Source: a virus
Taxonomy: Duplodnaviria > Caudoviricetes
Virus record (IMG/VR): IMGVR_UViG_3300042477_000769
DNA: 64,000 nt
Reading direction: 5' to 3' (one strand)
Of this stretch, positions 1-8,717 are shown in pieces. The position numbers and the translations under genes were made by a program. The notes under the pieces were generated by a model. That model had not been told where the DNA came from, made no database searches, and worked only from the letters and a program-made list of their open reading frames with translations. Positions within the stretch are counted from its first letter, which is position 1. Every line of letters starts with the position of its first letter.

Positions 1-26
1 AAATACGAGATGTTTTCTTTCAGAAG

Positions 27-680
27 GTGCGGTTTAAGAAACATTCTGCACCTTCTATGGAGGATTTAGACCAGTTACAAACTGAAATTATTCAAGATAA
101 AAATCCCGCCTTAGCTTATTTCTTTTCCACTGAATTTAGCTATAAACCGCATTTAATGCAACAAATTGTGTTAGAAGCCAAAAACCCCAAATATTGTTTT
201 TTATTTGCTCAAAATATTAAAAATTGCGATATAAAAGCTCTGCAAAAAATAGTTGTCGAATCTAATAATACTAAATATATTTGTAAATTTGCGTGTTTTG
301 TACTAGAAGCAGAGATAAAGCCATTAGAGCAAATTATTTTGACCTCGAAAAATGTTAGATATGCTCATATGCTACTGAAACATGTAAAAGGCACCAATAT
401 TTTAGACATTAAAAATATTATTTTGACTTCTGAAAAACCTAGATATTTATTTGAATTAGCTAAACACACTAAAGATCCAAAAGATCTGGCTCAAATTGAA
501 GATTTGATTATCAAAGCCAATTCTTTTACCTATATGAGGTTAATGGCGGAAAAAATTAAAGGAGCCAATATAGATAAATTAGAACAGGCCATTTTAGATA
601 CCCACAATATTCCAGAGATTAAAAAATTTGCTAGATATGTAAAACGGTCTAAAATGAAAAATTTTCTGATAGTTTTATGA
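27..680 (+). CDS. Alpha-helical tandem-repeat protein (~28-aa repeats x6)
   Basis: Repeated units such as IKPLEQIILTSKNVRYAHMLLKHVKGTN / IDKLEQAILDTHNIPEIKKFARYVK; the stop TGA (678-680) is partly supplied by the IS left end. Confidence 0.6.
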   Translation: MRFKKHSAPSMEDLDQLQTEIIQDKNPALAYFFSTEFSYKPHLMQQIVLEAKNPKYCFLFAQNIKNCDIKALQKIVVESNNTKYICKFACFVLEAEIKPLEQIILTSKNVRYAHMLLKHVKGTNILDIKNIILTSEKPRYLFELAKHTKDPKDLAQIEDLIIKANSFTYMRLMAEKIKGANIDKLEQAILDTHNIPEIKKFARYVKRSKMKNFLIVL

Positions 681-2015
681 TCTCCTCGCCAGAATACCCA
701 TAGCCTTGTGCTATGGGATGAATGGCGCACCTCCCTGTAACTTTCGATAAGTTTAATAGATAGTAAATTTTTACATCTTTTACTTTTTTGTGTAAAAATA
801 TGCATACTATGAAATATAGTTATGCAGAAAGTGCTTAAAGGTTATAAATATCGTATCTACCCCACTGAGGAACAAAAGAAATTTTTGTCTCAACAGTTTG
901 GATCTGTAAGATGGATCTATAATCATTTTCTTGCAAAACGTAAAGATGATTACCTTAACAATAAAAAAACATTAAACTATCATGATGATGCAAAAGCTCT
1001 TACTGAATTAAAATCTCAAGATGGTTATGAATGGTTATATAATATTAATTCTCAAACGCTTCAATCGGCTTTAAGAAATTTAGATTCCGCATATTTAAGA
1101 TTCTTTAAAAAGCAAGCTAGATTTCCTAACTTTCATAAAAAATCTAATCGGCAGTCTATTAAAATTCCACAGCATTTTAAAGTTGTTAGCAATTATTTGC
1201 ATATTCCAAAACTTAAAACTACTATAAAAATTAAACTTCATCAAAAACTACCAGAAAATAAAGAGTGTCTTTTTATTTCTAGAAATCCTTCTGGTGAATA
1301 TTATGCTGTTTTTCTTTGCGAAGTAGAAGTACAAGAACTACCAAAAAATAATATTTCTATAGGAATAGACTTAGGTCTAAAAGATTTAGTAATTACCTCT
1401 GAAGGAGCAGTTTTTCAAAATCATAAATTCTATAGAGCTTCAGAAAAGCAGCTAAAGTTTCAACAAATAAAATTATCTCGTAAGAAAAAAGGTTCTAAAA
1501 ATAGAAATAAACAACGAATCAAAATAGCTAAATTATATCAAAAAGTTTCTAATAAAAGATCAGATGAGTTACATAAGATAACTCATCAGCTAGTTAGCGA
1601 AAACCAAGTTATCATAGCCGAGAGTTTATCAGTTAAAAATATGATTAAAAATCATAAATTAGCAAAAAACATTCAAGATGCGTCTTGGGGAGAATTGATA
1701 AGACAGATAGAATATAAATCTAAATGGTACGGTAGAACTTTTCATCAGATAGATAAATTTTTTCCAAGTAGTAAAACTTGTAATTCTTGTCAATTTGTGA
1801 TTGATGTGTTACCTCTAAATATTAGAGAGTGGGATTGCCCAAAATGCAATCGGCATCATGACAGAGATTTAAATGCTGCTTTGAATATCAAAGATAAAGG
1901 TTTAAAAGACTTGGGGTTATGGAACGTAACCCCGCATCAAAAACTTAGTGAGGCGTCAGCAATAGCTGAGTCTATGACCTAAGAAGCCACTACCTTTATG
2001 GTAGTGGTAGTTCAC
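679..2015 (+). mobile_element. IS200/IS605-family (TnpB-only, IS1341-type) element
   Basis: TTAT target (675-678) then left end GATCT..., LE hairpin CCCATAGC-cttgt-GCTATGGG (697-717), tnpB, RE hairpin CCACTACC-tttat-GGTAGTGG, terminal TCAC (2012-2015); no tnpA. Confidence 0.85.
822..1982 (+). CDS. tnpB: TnpB RNA-guided endonuclease
   Basis: N-terminal GYKYRIYPT HTH, RuvC motifs IGIDLGLK / IIAESLSVKNM / HDRDLNAA, Zn finger CNSC...CPKC. Confidence 0.95.
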   Translation: MQKVLKGYKYRIYPTEEQKKFLSQQFGSVRWIYNHFLAKRKDDYLNNKKTLNYHDDAKALTELKSQDGYEWLYNINSQTLQSALRNLDSAYLRFFKKQARFPNFHKKSNRQSIKIPQHFKVVSNYLHIPKLKTTIKIKLHQKLPENKECLFISRNPSGEYYAVFLCEVEVQELPKNNISIGIDLGLKDLVITSEGAVFQNHKFYRASEKQLKFQQIKLSRKKKGSKNRNKQRIKIAKLYQKVSNKRSDELHKITHQLVSENQVIIAESLSVKNMIKNHKLAKNIQDASWGELIRQIEYKSKWYGRTFHQIDKFFPSSKTCNSCQFVIDVLPLNIREWDCPKCNRHHDRDLNAALNIKDKGLKDLGLWNVTPHQKLSEASAIAESMT

Positions 2016-2067
2016 AAAAATACTGTTAATATGGCATATATGTTATGCTATAACCAAAGTAGGCCGT

Positions 2068-2694
2068 ATGAAATTTGGTGGTGAGTTAGTATCTTTAGGT
2101 TTAACTATTTGTGCTATTTTCTTTCTCTTCGTCTTAACCGAACAGCCACCACACACATTCCAAGCAGATACTCCTACCTACCCTCAACAAGTAAATTCTC
2201 ATTTCTATATTGACCGCAATTTCTCATTAGAAGAGAAACATATTATTTTAGAATCAATCCAAGATTGGAAACGGGCGACTAAAGAAATTGTTAATTACCA
2301 GCCTATTATCTTGCCAAACAATAACCCTATTAATTTTAATGACGCTCTATTCATTATAAAAATATCTCCAGATAATCCTGAAGTCTTACGTTCAGCTGAT
2401 GAAAGCGATTTATTAGCCTTTTATACTAACAAGAATGGTATTCCCACTATTAATATTGTGGATGGTCGAATACCAGCCACCGTCTTTAAAAGTGTTATCA
2501 TGCATGAAATTGGTCATGCGTTAGGATTAGACCATCAATCTTCAGAACAAGACATGTACACGCTCATGTATCCATACGCGTTCATATCTTTTGATGATAT
2601 TATGATAGTTACCAGTTCTGATGTTATCACGAAAACTGATTTAACGCAATTTTGCCTTCTTTATTTGTGCGACGTTAACAATTTGTTGCCTTAA
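2068..2694 (+). CDS. Matrixin-like (metzincin) zinc metalloprotease with N-terminal TM/signal segment
   Basis: HEIGHALGLDH zinc motif, Met-turn LMYP, hydrophobic N-terminus. Confidence 0.8.
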   Translation: MKFGGELVSLGLTICAIFFLFVLTEQPPHTFQADTPTYPQQVNSHFYIDRNFSLEEKHIILESIQDWKRATKEIVNYQPIILPNNNPINFNDALFIIKISPDNPEVLRSADESDLLAFYTNKNGIPTINIVDGRIPATVFKSVIMHEIGHALGLDHQSSEQDMYTLMYPYAFISFDDIMIVTSSDVITKTDLTQFCLLYLCDVNNLLP

Positions 2695-2799
2695 CAATCA
2701 GTTTCTAGTCGATATAGAAGTAGTTGCTAATATCTTAGCATTAACTTTAGATACCAAATCTAATTGGTCCAGTAGTGGAGACTAAAGAGTGTGTATTAA

Positions 2800-3144
2800 A
2801 TGATTTATACTGATAATCAGCTGGTTCATTTAGCTCAAAATAATCCTAAAGAATTAGTTAGATTATTAAATAATCCTCATACCACGACCAAAATGTTAGT
2901 GGTAGGAATAGAAATTTTAAGTTTAGAAGTATTAGACGAATCATTAGTTTTACCCATATTGCGTTTGTTTACTAAACATATCAACGCCTCCGTTCGCGAA
3001 TCTGCTTGCATAGGTATTGCTACTTTTTATGAGCGTAAAACTCTGCCCACTGATTTAGTGGATCGGTTAAAAATTATGTCTACTACTGATCCTTCTCCTA
3101 GTATTAAAGAAATTACTAAAGAAATATTAAACAATTTAGCTTGA
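2800..3144 (+). CDS. HEAT-repeat-like protein
   Basis: HINASVRESACIGI and DPSPSIKEITKEIL HEAT-like segments. Confidence 0.5.
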   Translation: MIYTDNQLVHLAQNNPKELVRLLNNPHTTTKMLVVGIEILSLEVLDESLVLPILRLFTKHINASVRESACIGIATFYERKTLPTDLVDRLKIMSTTDPSPSIKEITKEILNNLA

Positions 3145-3150
3145 AAAATT

Positions 3151-3675
3151 ATGAAAGACCAACAACAAGATTTATTTAACAGTATTTTTGATCCTACTGT
3201 CGATGCTATTTGTATTACTACCAATGGTCAATACACCGAAGATGGTGTAGCTGCCATGTTTGGGGGTTGTGCTGGTGTATGTGCTCGAAAATGGCCTGCA
3301 ACAGCCAAAAGATTAGGCAAGTTATTACGCACGGTGCACCAAAACATTCCTTTTATTATTGGAGCTCTTAATAAAGAAGGAGAATATATTACTCCTACCA
3401 ATTATTCTTTACATAATAAAGCGTTTAAGTGTCTAATTATTAGTTTTCCGACTCTCAATTTTTTAGGAGAGCTAGCAGACTTGGAATTAATTCAAACCTC
3501 AGCTGCGCAATTAAAAGAAATTGCGGATCGTTGGCAACTAAAAAATATATTAATACCACGCCCCGGATGTGGTATAGGTGGATTAGACTATTATCAACAA
3601 GTACAGCCAGTACTTTCTCAATATTTAGATGATAGATTTACAATTGTTTGCCAACCCAACGATCAATTACTATGA
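3151..3675 (+). CDS. Macro-domain (ADP-ribose binding/hydrolase) protein
   Basis: DAICITTNG, AMFGGCAG, ISFPT, IPRPGCGIGGL motifs typical of phage macro domains. Confidence 0.75.
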   Translation: MKDQQQDLFNSIFDPTVDAICITTNGQYTEDGVAAMFGGCAGVCARKWPATAKRLGKLLRTVHQNIPFIIGALNKEGEYITPTNYSLHNKAFKCLIISFPTLNFLGELADLELIQTSAAQLKEIADRWQLKNILIPRPGCGIGGLDYYQQVQPVLSQYLDDRFTIVCQPNDQLL

Positions 3676-4151
3676 TAATCAATGAATCCATTAAAAAAAC
3701 ACAACATAATTTAGCTAAATTACAGGCAGTAGCGGCTATTTTTCCTAATGCCAGTATCGGTAGTACTGGTCTTTTTAGCGATGCTCAAGTTAATAAGAAT
3801 TATACGAATTTTAAATTCGAGAGTTACTATAATTCTTTATATGTCTTGCCATATTATGAAGTCCCCTATACTTTTGACGGTATCGAATATACTATAAATG
3901 TATATAGCCGTCCCCGTAGAAATCGATTAGCTAAATCAAATATTATTTTTAATAAAAACGGCGTTCTCACCCGAGAACGAGAAATATCTTTTTGTAAGTT
4001 TAGTGTTAATTTGAAAAATAATAATTTTAAATTAGACTTATTAGAATCTTGCAAGTTAGAGGTCATGAAGTTTATTAGATCTTATCCTAATGCCAAGATA
4101 GATATGAAGCATCTAGATCCTAGATTACAGAAACTCTTAATCCTCCTATAA
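3672..4151 (+). CDS. Hypothetical protein (ORF track start 3648; likely ATG 3672 overlapping the upstream stop)
   Basis: Long ORF in operon context, no recognised motif. Confidence 0.55.
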   Translation: MIINESIKKTQHNLAKLQAVAAIFPNASIGSTGLFSDAQVNKNYTNFKFESYYNSLYVLPYYEVPYTFDGIEYTINVYSRPRRNRLAKSNIIFNKNGVLTREREISFCKFSVNLKNNNFKLDLLESCKLEVMKFIRSYPNAKIDMKHLDPRLQKLLILL

Positions 4152-4160
4152 GGAAAAAAA

Positions 4161-4322
4161 ATGAAAATTCTACGATGTAAACTATGTCGAGGAGAAGTTG
4201 ATATTATCTCCGGAGAACTAGCTATTAACAAAAAAATTAAATGCCGAAACTGTGAATATTCCAACGAACCAGATCCCATTAAACAAACAGAAGTTATTGT
4301 TATTCGTAAGAAATCTCAGTGA
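4161..4322 (+). CDS. Small zinc-ribbon protein, 53 aa (not in ORF track)
   Basis: AGGA SD then MKILRCKLCRGEVDIISGELAINKKIKCRNCEYS..., two CxxC motifs, TGA 4320-4322. Confidence 0.65.
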   Translation: MKILRCKLCRGEVDIISGELAINKKIKCRNCEYSNEPDPIKQTEVIVIRKKSQ

Positions 4323-4326
4323 AATT

Positions 4327-4530
4327 ATGTCAAATATTGAAAATTTCAATCCATTTGAATTAATATATTCTGACACAGAAAAGATGTGGCTAGTTTTGTT
4401 AGCAGATCCTGTCAATCCAGATAATTGTGTGGTGGTTTATCGAAGTTCAAAAGTCGAAGACTGTAATCCAGTATGGGATGCACTTAATAATTTAATGCAA
4501 AAACAAGTTAATCACTTAATAAGTGATTAA
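4327..4530 (+). CDS. Hypothetical protein (likely start ATG 4327 within ORF 4252..4530)
   Basis: ATG 4 nt after the upstream stop; in frame with the listed ORF. Confidence 0.5.
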   Translation: MSNIENFNPFELIYSDTEKMWLVLLADPVNPDNCVVVYRSSKVEDCNPVWDALNNLMQKQVNHLISD

Positions 4531-5317
4531 CCAAGTTTTTCTTTCTTTCTAAGAAAATACTACAATCTTTGTACAAATAACGCGCTATCTTTTTTACATT
4601 TTGATTGCCACCATATTTCAACACATAGATGGGCCGTTCAGTTTTGTTAGAAACAAATATCTTGTTTTTAGATAATCCTAACTGATTAACCAAAATAGTT
4701 TGAATCTGTGTGACAAAATCAAGATTGCCAATAATCTTGAAATGTACAAATTTGTGACCCTTACGATCTTGATCTTGAACCCAGGAACCATCACCATCAA
4801 AAAAGCCCAAGATAAAAGAATTGACAAATTTGTCATCTATCTCAGGAATACTTTCCAAGAAAGTTTTCTTGTTAATTATTCCATATTTGTTTAGAATCGG
4901 GATAATCTGGGTTACTGACATTTGCAGCTGACTATATTCGATTGGAAACTGCTTCTGGCCAATCTTGCAAATTCTGTGATATGTATTAATGGGATGATTG
5001 GCCCCCATAAATGTTCTAAATTTTTCGATATGTTCTTTATCTGAACTTTTCAAGGCTAGAGATAATGTTCTATTAGTGTGCAAACAGCCATCTGCCATTA
5101 AGAACCCTAGCCAATAAGCCTTGTCAGGAGAATCTATCTGATCAAAAACATTAACATTATAACTATATTTAGCATATTTCCTTTTAGGAAGATGAGATAA
5201 ATGTCGTTGAATAGAAGAACAAGAAATATTAGTTAATTGACTAATATTTTTAATGGTTAAGCCGCTCTGATAAAGAGAAATTAACTTTGATAAAAATTGT
5301 TGATTAATTTGAGTCAC
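4508..5317 (-). CDS. Free-standing LAGLIDADG homing endonuclease with N-terminal HTH
   Basis: KAYWLGFLMADGCL and FILGFFDGDGSW motifs; N-terminal GLTIKNISQLTNISCSSIQRHL. Confidence 0.9.
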   Translation of the reverse strand: MTQINQQFLSKLISLYQSGLTIKNISQLTNISCSSIQRHLSHLPKRKYAKYSYNVNVFDQIDSPDKAYWLGFLMADGCLHTNRTLSLALKSSDKEHIEKFRTFMGANHPINTYHRICKIGQKQFPIEYSQLQMSVTQIIPILNKYGIINKKTFLESIPEIDDKFVNSFILGFFDGDGSWVQDQDRKGHKFVHFKIIGNLDFVTQIQTILVNQLGLSKNKIFVSNKTERPIYVLKYGGNQNVKKIARYLYKDCSIFLERKKNLVNHLLSD

Positions 5318-5347
5318 AACTTCAATATATCCGTATATATAAAGGAC

Positions 5348-6124
5348 ATGTACTACTTATCTAGCTGTTCAATTGTTAAAAATGAATACCCTTATATTTT
5401 AGAGTTTTACCACATCCATAAGTTTTTAGGGGTAGAATTTTTCTTGTTTTTTGACCGTTCGGTCGAAGGGCCGCCTTTAACTGAATTATTTAAAGGTCAT
5501 GCTGACGTAGAAGTCATTCATTATCCTGAACCTAATCGGCATGCTCATGCGTGGAGAGATGGGGTGAAGTATTTTCAGGGGAAATCGAAGTGGGTGCAGT
5601 TTGTGGACATAGATCAAGTGGTGGTCCCTGTGCGCTCCCCTGATCTCAAAACCATGCTTCAAGATTACGAGCAAAACCCTGCTCTTGGATTAAACTGGCA
5701 CAGTTTTGGGGGCAATGGTTTAGAGCAAGAACCTGCTGGCCTCTCTACTTATGAAGCATATACTAAACGAGCGGATGGTCAAGCACCCATTAATAACCAT
5801 ATACAATCTATTGTACAAGTAGAACATGCAGAAGTTATTAATTGGAGTGATCCTCATCATCCGCCATTAAAATATGGCAAATGTCAATTTAATGAAAGAA
5901 AAGAAGCCTTTCGAGGACCATTTAATATACCTTCTTCCCAAGAAGTAGGATTTATTGCTCATTACTATACTCGTAGTAAAGAATATTGGGATAAAAAATG
6001 TGCAAAGTTGCGAGCGGATACTGGCACAGTAGGTTCACTGCCGGCAGAATATGATCATCATCAATCCTATATGAATGTCTTTGAAGATCAAACGGTAGCC
6101 AATATTTGGCGTCAAATCAAATAA
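5348..6124 (+). CDS. Glycosyltransferase, GT2/GT92-like (ORF track start 5297)
   Basis: SSCSIVKNEYPYILEF...FLFFD, DxD-type FVDIDQ, IAHYYTRS; AAGGA SD before ATG 5348. Confidence 0.75.
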   Translation: MYYLSSCSIVKNEYPYILEFYHIHKFLGVEFFLFFDRSVEGPPLTELFKGHADVEVIHYPEPNRHAHAWRDGVKYFQGKSKWVQFVDIDQVVVPVRSPDLKTMLQDYEQNPALGLNWHSFGGNGLEQEPAGLSTYEAYTKRADGQAPINNHIQSIVQVEHAEVINWSDPHHPPLKYGKCQFNERKEAFRGPFNIPSSQEVGFIAHYYTRSKEYWDKKCAKLRADTGTVGSLPAEYDHHQSYMNVFEDQTVANIWRQIK

Positions 6125-6158
6125 TCAATTATCATATCGATAACATCATATAATATAC

Positions 6159-6857
6159 ATGGATCCTAATAATAAATATTCTCAAATGCAACAAGATCAA
6201 TATGATAATCAGGCTAATGTCTGGACTACTGATTATCGAGACCCGGTGGTTGGCTCTTTTGATAGCCATAATAATTGGCCAGATTATGATAACTACTTAT
6301 TCAAGGGGTTTGATACAAGTAATAAGATTGCTTTAGATTTTGGTTGTGGGCCAGGAAGAAATATTGTTAAATTTTCTTCTCTTTTTAAGAGAATAGATGG
6401 GGCAGATATTTCAGATATTAATTTAAAAAATGCTAAAATATGGTGTCAACACAATAATGTGGCTGTTCCATTACTATTTAAAAACAATGGGGTGGATTTA
6501 AGTAATATTTGTCATGAACTATATGATATCGTTTTTAGTACTATCTGTTTGCAGCATATTTGTGTTCATGAAATAAGATTCAATTTAATGAAAGAGTTTT
6601 ATCGAGTCTTGAAGCCTGGAGGATCTGTGTGTTTACAAATGGGTTTTGGTCCAGGTCATCCTATGACAGTAGGATATTATGAAAATTATTATGATGCTCC
6701 AGGTACTAATAGTGCTTGTGATACTCGGGTAGACTCGACAGATGAATTAAAAAATGATTTAGAATCAATTGGTTTTCATAGTTTTAATTTTGATCTTCGC
6801 CCAACTGGGCCTGGAGATAGTCATGATAATTGGATCTTTTTCCGAGCCACTAAATGA
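6159..6857 (+). CDS. Class I SAM-dependent methyltransferase
   Basis: ALDFGCGPGR motif I, GADIS, RVLKPGG. Confidence 0.9.
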   Translation: MDPNNKYSQMQQDQYDNQANVWTTDYRDPVVGSFDSHNNWPDYDNYLFKGFDTSNKIALDFGCGPGRNIVKFSSLFKRIDGADISDINLKNAKIWCQHNNVAVPLLFKNNGVDLSNICHELYDIVFSTICLQHICVHEIRFNLMKEFYRVLKPGGSVCLQMGFGPGHPMTVGYYENYYDAPGTNSACDTRVDSTDELKNDLESIGFHSFNFDLRPTGPGDSHDNWIFFRATK

Positions 6858-7288
6858 TTAAAATATCTCATCGGGGCAACATTACTGGGCCCAATCCAGA
6901 GTTAGAGAACCATCCAAATTATTTATTACAAGCCATTAATCATGGATTTCAGGTAGAAGTAGATGTCTGGTTTGTTAATAATCAATTTGTGTTAGGTCAT
7001 GATGAGCCGCAATATGAAGTTACCCCGCAATTTATTATGAATTCTCATTTTTGGCAGCATGCTAAAAATATAGAAGCTTTATTACAGATGTTATTGTTAG
7101 ACCGCAATTTAATAAATTGCTTTTATCATCAGACAGATGATGTCACTTTAACTTCCCAGGGGTGGATTTGGACTTATCCGGGCAAGTATATTACTGGGCA
7201 ATCTATTGCCGTGATGCCAGAAACAGTTAGTAATTGGGATATCTCTCACGCTGCTGGAGTTTGCACTGATTATCCATATTTATTCTAA
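6854..7288 (+). CDS. Glycerophosphodiester phosphodiesterase/PLC-like protein
   Basis: ISHRGN, EN, VEVDVW, LGHD motifs. Confidence 0.75.
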   Translation: MIKISHRGNITGPNPELENHPNYLLQAINHGFQVEVDVWFVNNQFVLGHDEPQYEVTPQFIMNSHFWQHAKNIEALLQMLLLDRNLINCFYHQTDDVTLTSQGWIWTYPGKYITGQSIAVMPETVSNWDISHAAGVCTDYPYLF

Positions 7289-7343
7289 ATGTTAGCCATA
7301 GATATCTATGACTAGGGCCATATTTATCTTAAAGTGAGATTTT

Positions 7344-8714
7344 ATGGCTATTAAGATCATAATTGCAGATATGGATGGGGTGCTAATCGATTTAAGAGAG
7401 CTTCACTTTGAAGCGCTGAATCAAGCTTTAGCCACGGTAGATGAAAAATACAGGATCTCTATAGACGAGCATGTCAAAATATTTGATGGTTTATCCACCA
7501 AAAAGAAATTAAAGATGTTATCTGACATGAAAGGGTTTCCTGCAGATAAATATGAAGAAATCAATGAACTAAAACAAAAATTTACTATTGAATTATTAGA
7601 AAATTTTAGTAACATTAATGGAGAAATAGTTAATACTATTACTAAATTAACCCAAGAGGGTTATAAATTTTATGTAGCTTCTAATGCGGTAAGAAGAACC
7701 ATCGAATTAGTACTGGAAAAATTAGGGATTACGCATTTAGTAGACAAATTATATTCTAATCAAGATGTTATTAATCCTAAACCTAATCCGGAAATTTATT
7801 TAAAATGTATTTCTGAGGCTGGTGTGTCACCAGATGAAGCATTAATTATTGAAGATTCTAAACATGGACGTCAAGCCGCTGTTAAATCGGGAGCCCATGT
7901 TTGTGGAGTAGATAATAGTTTTGATTTTACCTATGAACGTATCAAAATGATGTTAGAAACTGCTCAGCCTAAACCAGTGAAATGGGCTGGTAAGTCAGAT
8001 GTTACGGTGTTAATACCGATGGCAGGAGCTGGCTCTAGATTTGCCAAATGTGGATATCAACTACCTAAGCCATTAATTGATGTTAATGGGAAGCCAATGA
8101 TTCAAAGGGTAGTAGAAAACCTAAATATAGATGCTCAGTATATTTTTGTGGTACAACAAGAGCATTATCAAAAATATAATTTATCTACCTATTTATCTTT
8201 AATTGCTCCTGGTTGTACAATTATCCAAACTAATGGGCTGACTGAAGGCGCAGCCTGTACTACTTTATTGGCTAAAGAATTTATTAATAATTCCAGGCAC
8301 TTATTAATTGCTAATTCTGATCAATTAGTAGAATGGGATAGTTGTGATTTTATGTATAATATGTTGTCGGATGACGCAGATGGTGGGATTCTGACATTTT
8401 ATGCAGAAGACACTAAATGGTCGTATGTTAAATTAAATGAACAAGGTTATGCGTGTGAAGTGGCGGAGAAAAAAGTTATTAGTCACGAAGCTAGCTGTGG
8501 TATCTATTATTGGAAAAAAGGTTCGGAATATGTTAGATTAGCCGAAGAAATGATTGCTAATAACATTAGAGTTAATAATGAGTTTTATGTGTGTCCAGTA
8601 TATAATCAATTATTTGCTATTAATGGTAAAGTTAAAGTATACCGAGCTAATAATATGCATGGTTTAGGTACACCTGAAGATTATCAGCATTACTTAAACA
8701 AGTGTGGGCAATAA
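7344..8714 (+). CDS. Fusion: HAD-family phosphatase + sugar-phosphate nucleotidyltransferase
   Basis: IIADMDGVL, KPNPEIY, IIEDS (HAD); LIPMAGAGSRF...PKPLI, ANSDQ, VAEKK, GLGTPED (NTase). Confidence 0.9.
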   Translation: MAIKIIIADMDGVLIDLRELHFEALNQALATVDEKYRISIDEHVKIFDGLSTKKKLKMLSDMKGFPADKYEEINELKQKFTIELLENFSNINGEIVNTITKLTQEGYKFYVASNAVRRTIELVLEKLGITHLVDKLYSNQDVINPKPNPEIYLKCISEAGVSPDEALIIEDSKHGRQAAVKSGAHVCGVDNSFDFTYERIKMMLETAQPKPVKWAGKSDVTVLIPMAGAGSRFAKCGYQLPKPLIDVNGKPMIQRVVENLNIDAQYIFVVQQEHYQKYNLSTYLSLIAPGCTIIQTNGLTEGAACTTLLAKEFINNSRHLLIANSDQLVEWDSCDFMYNMLSDDADGGILTFYAEDTKWSYVKLNEQGYACEVAEKKVISHEASCGIYYWKKGSEYVRLAEEMIANNIRVNNEFYVCPVYNQLFAINGKVKVYRANNMHGLGTPEDYQHYLNKCGQ

Positions 8715-8717
8715 ATT

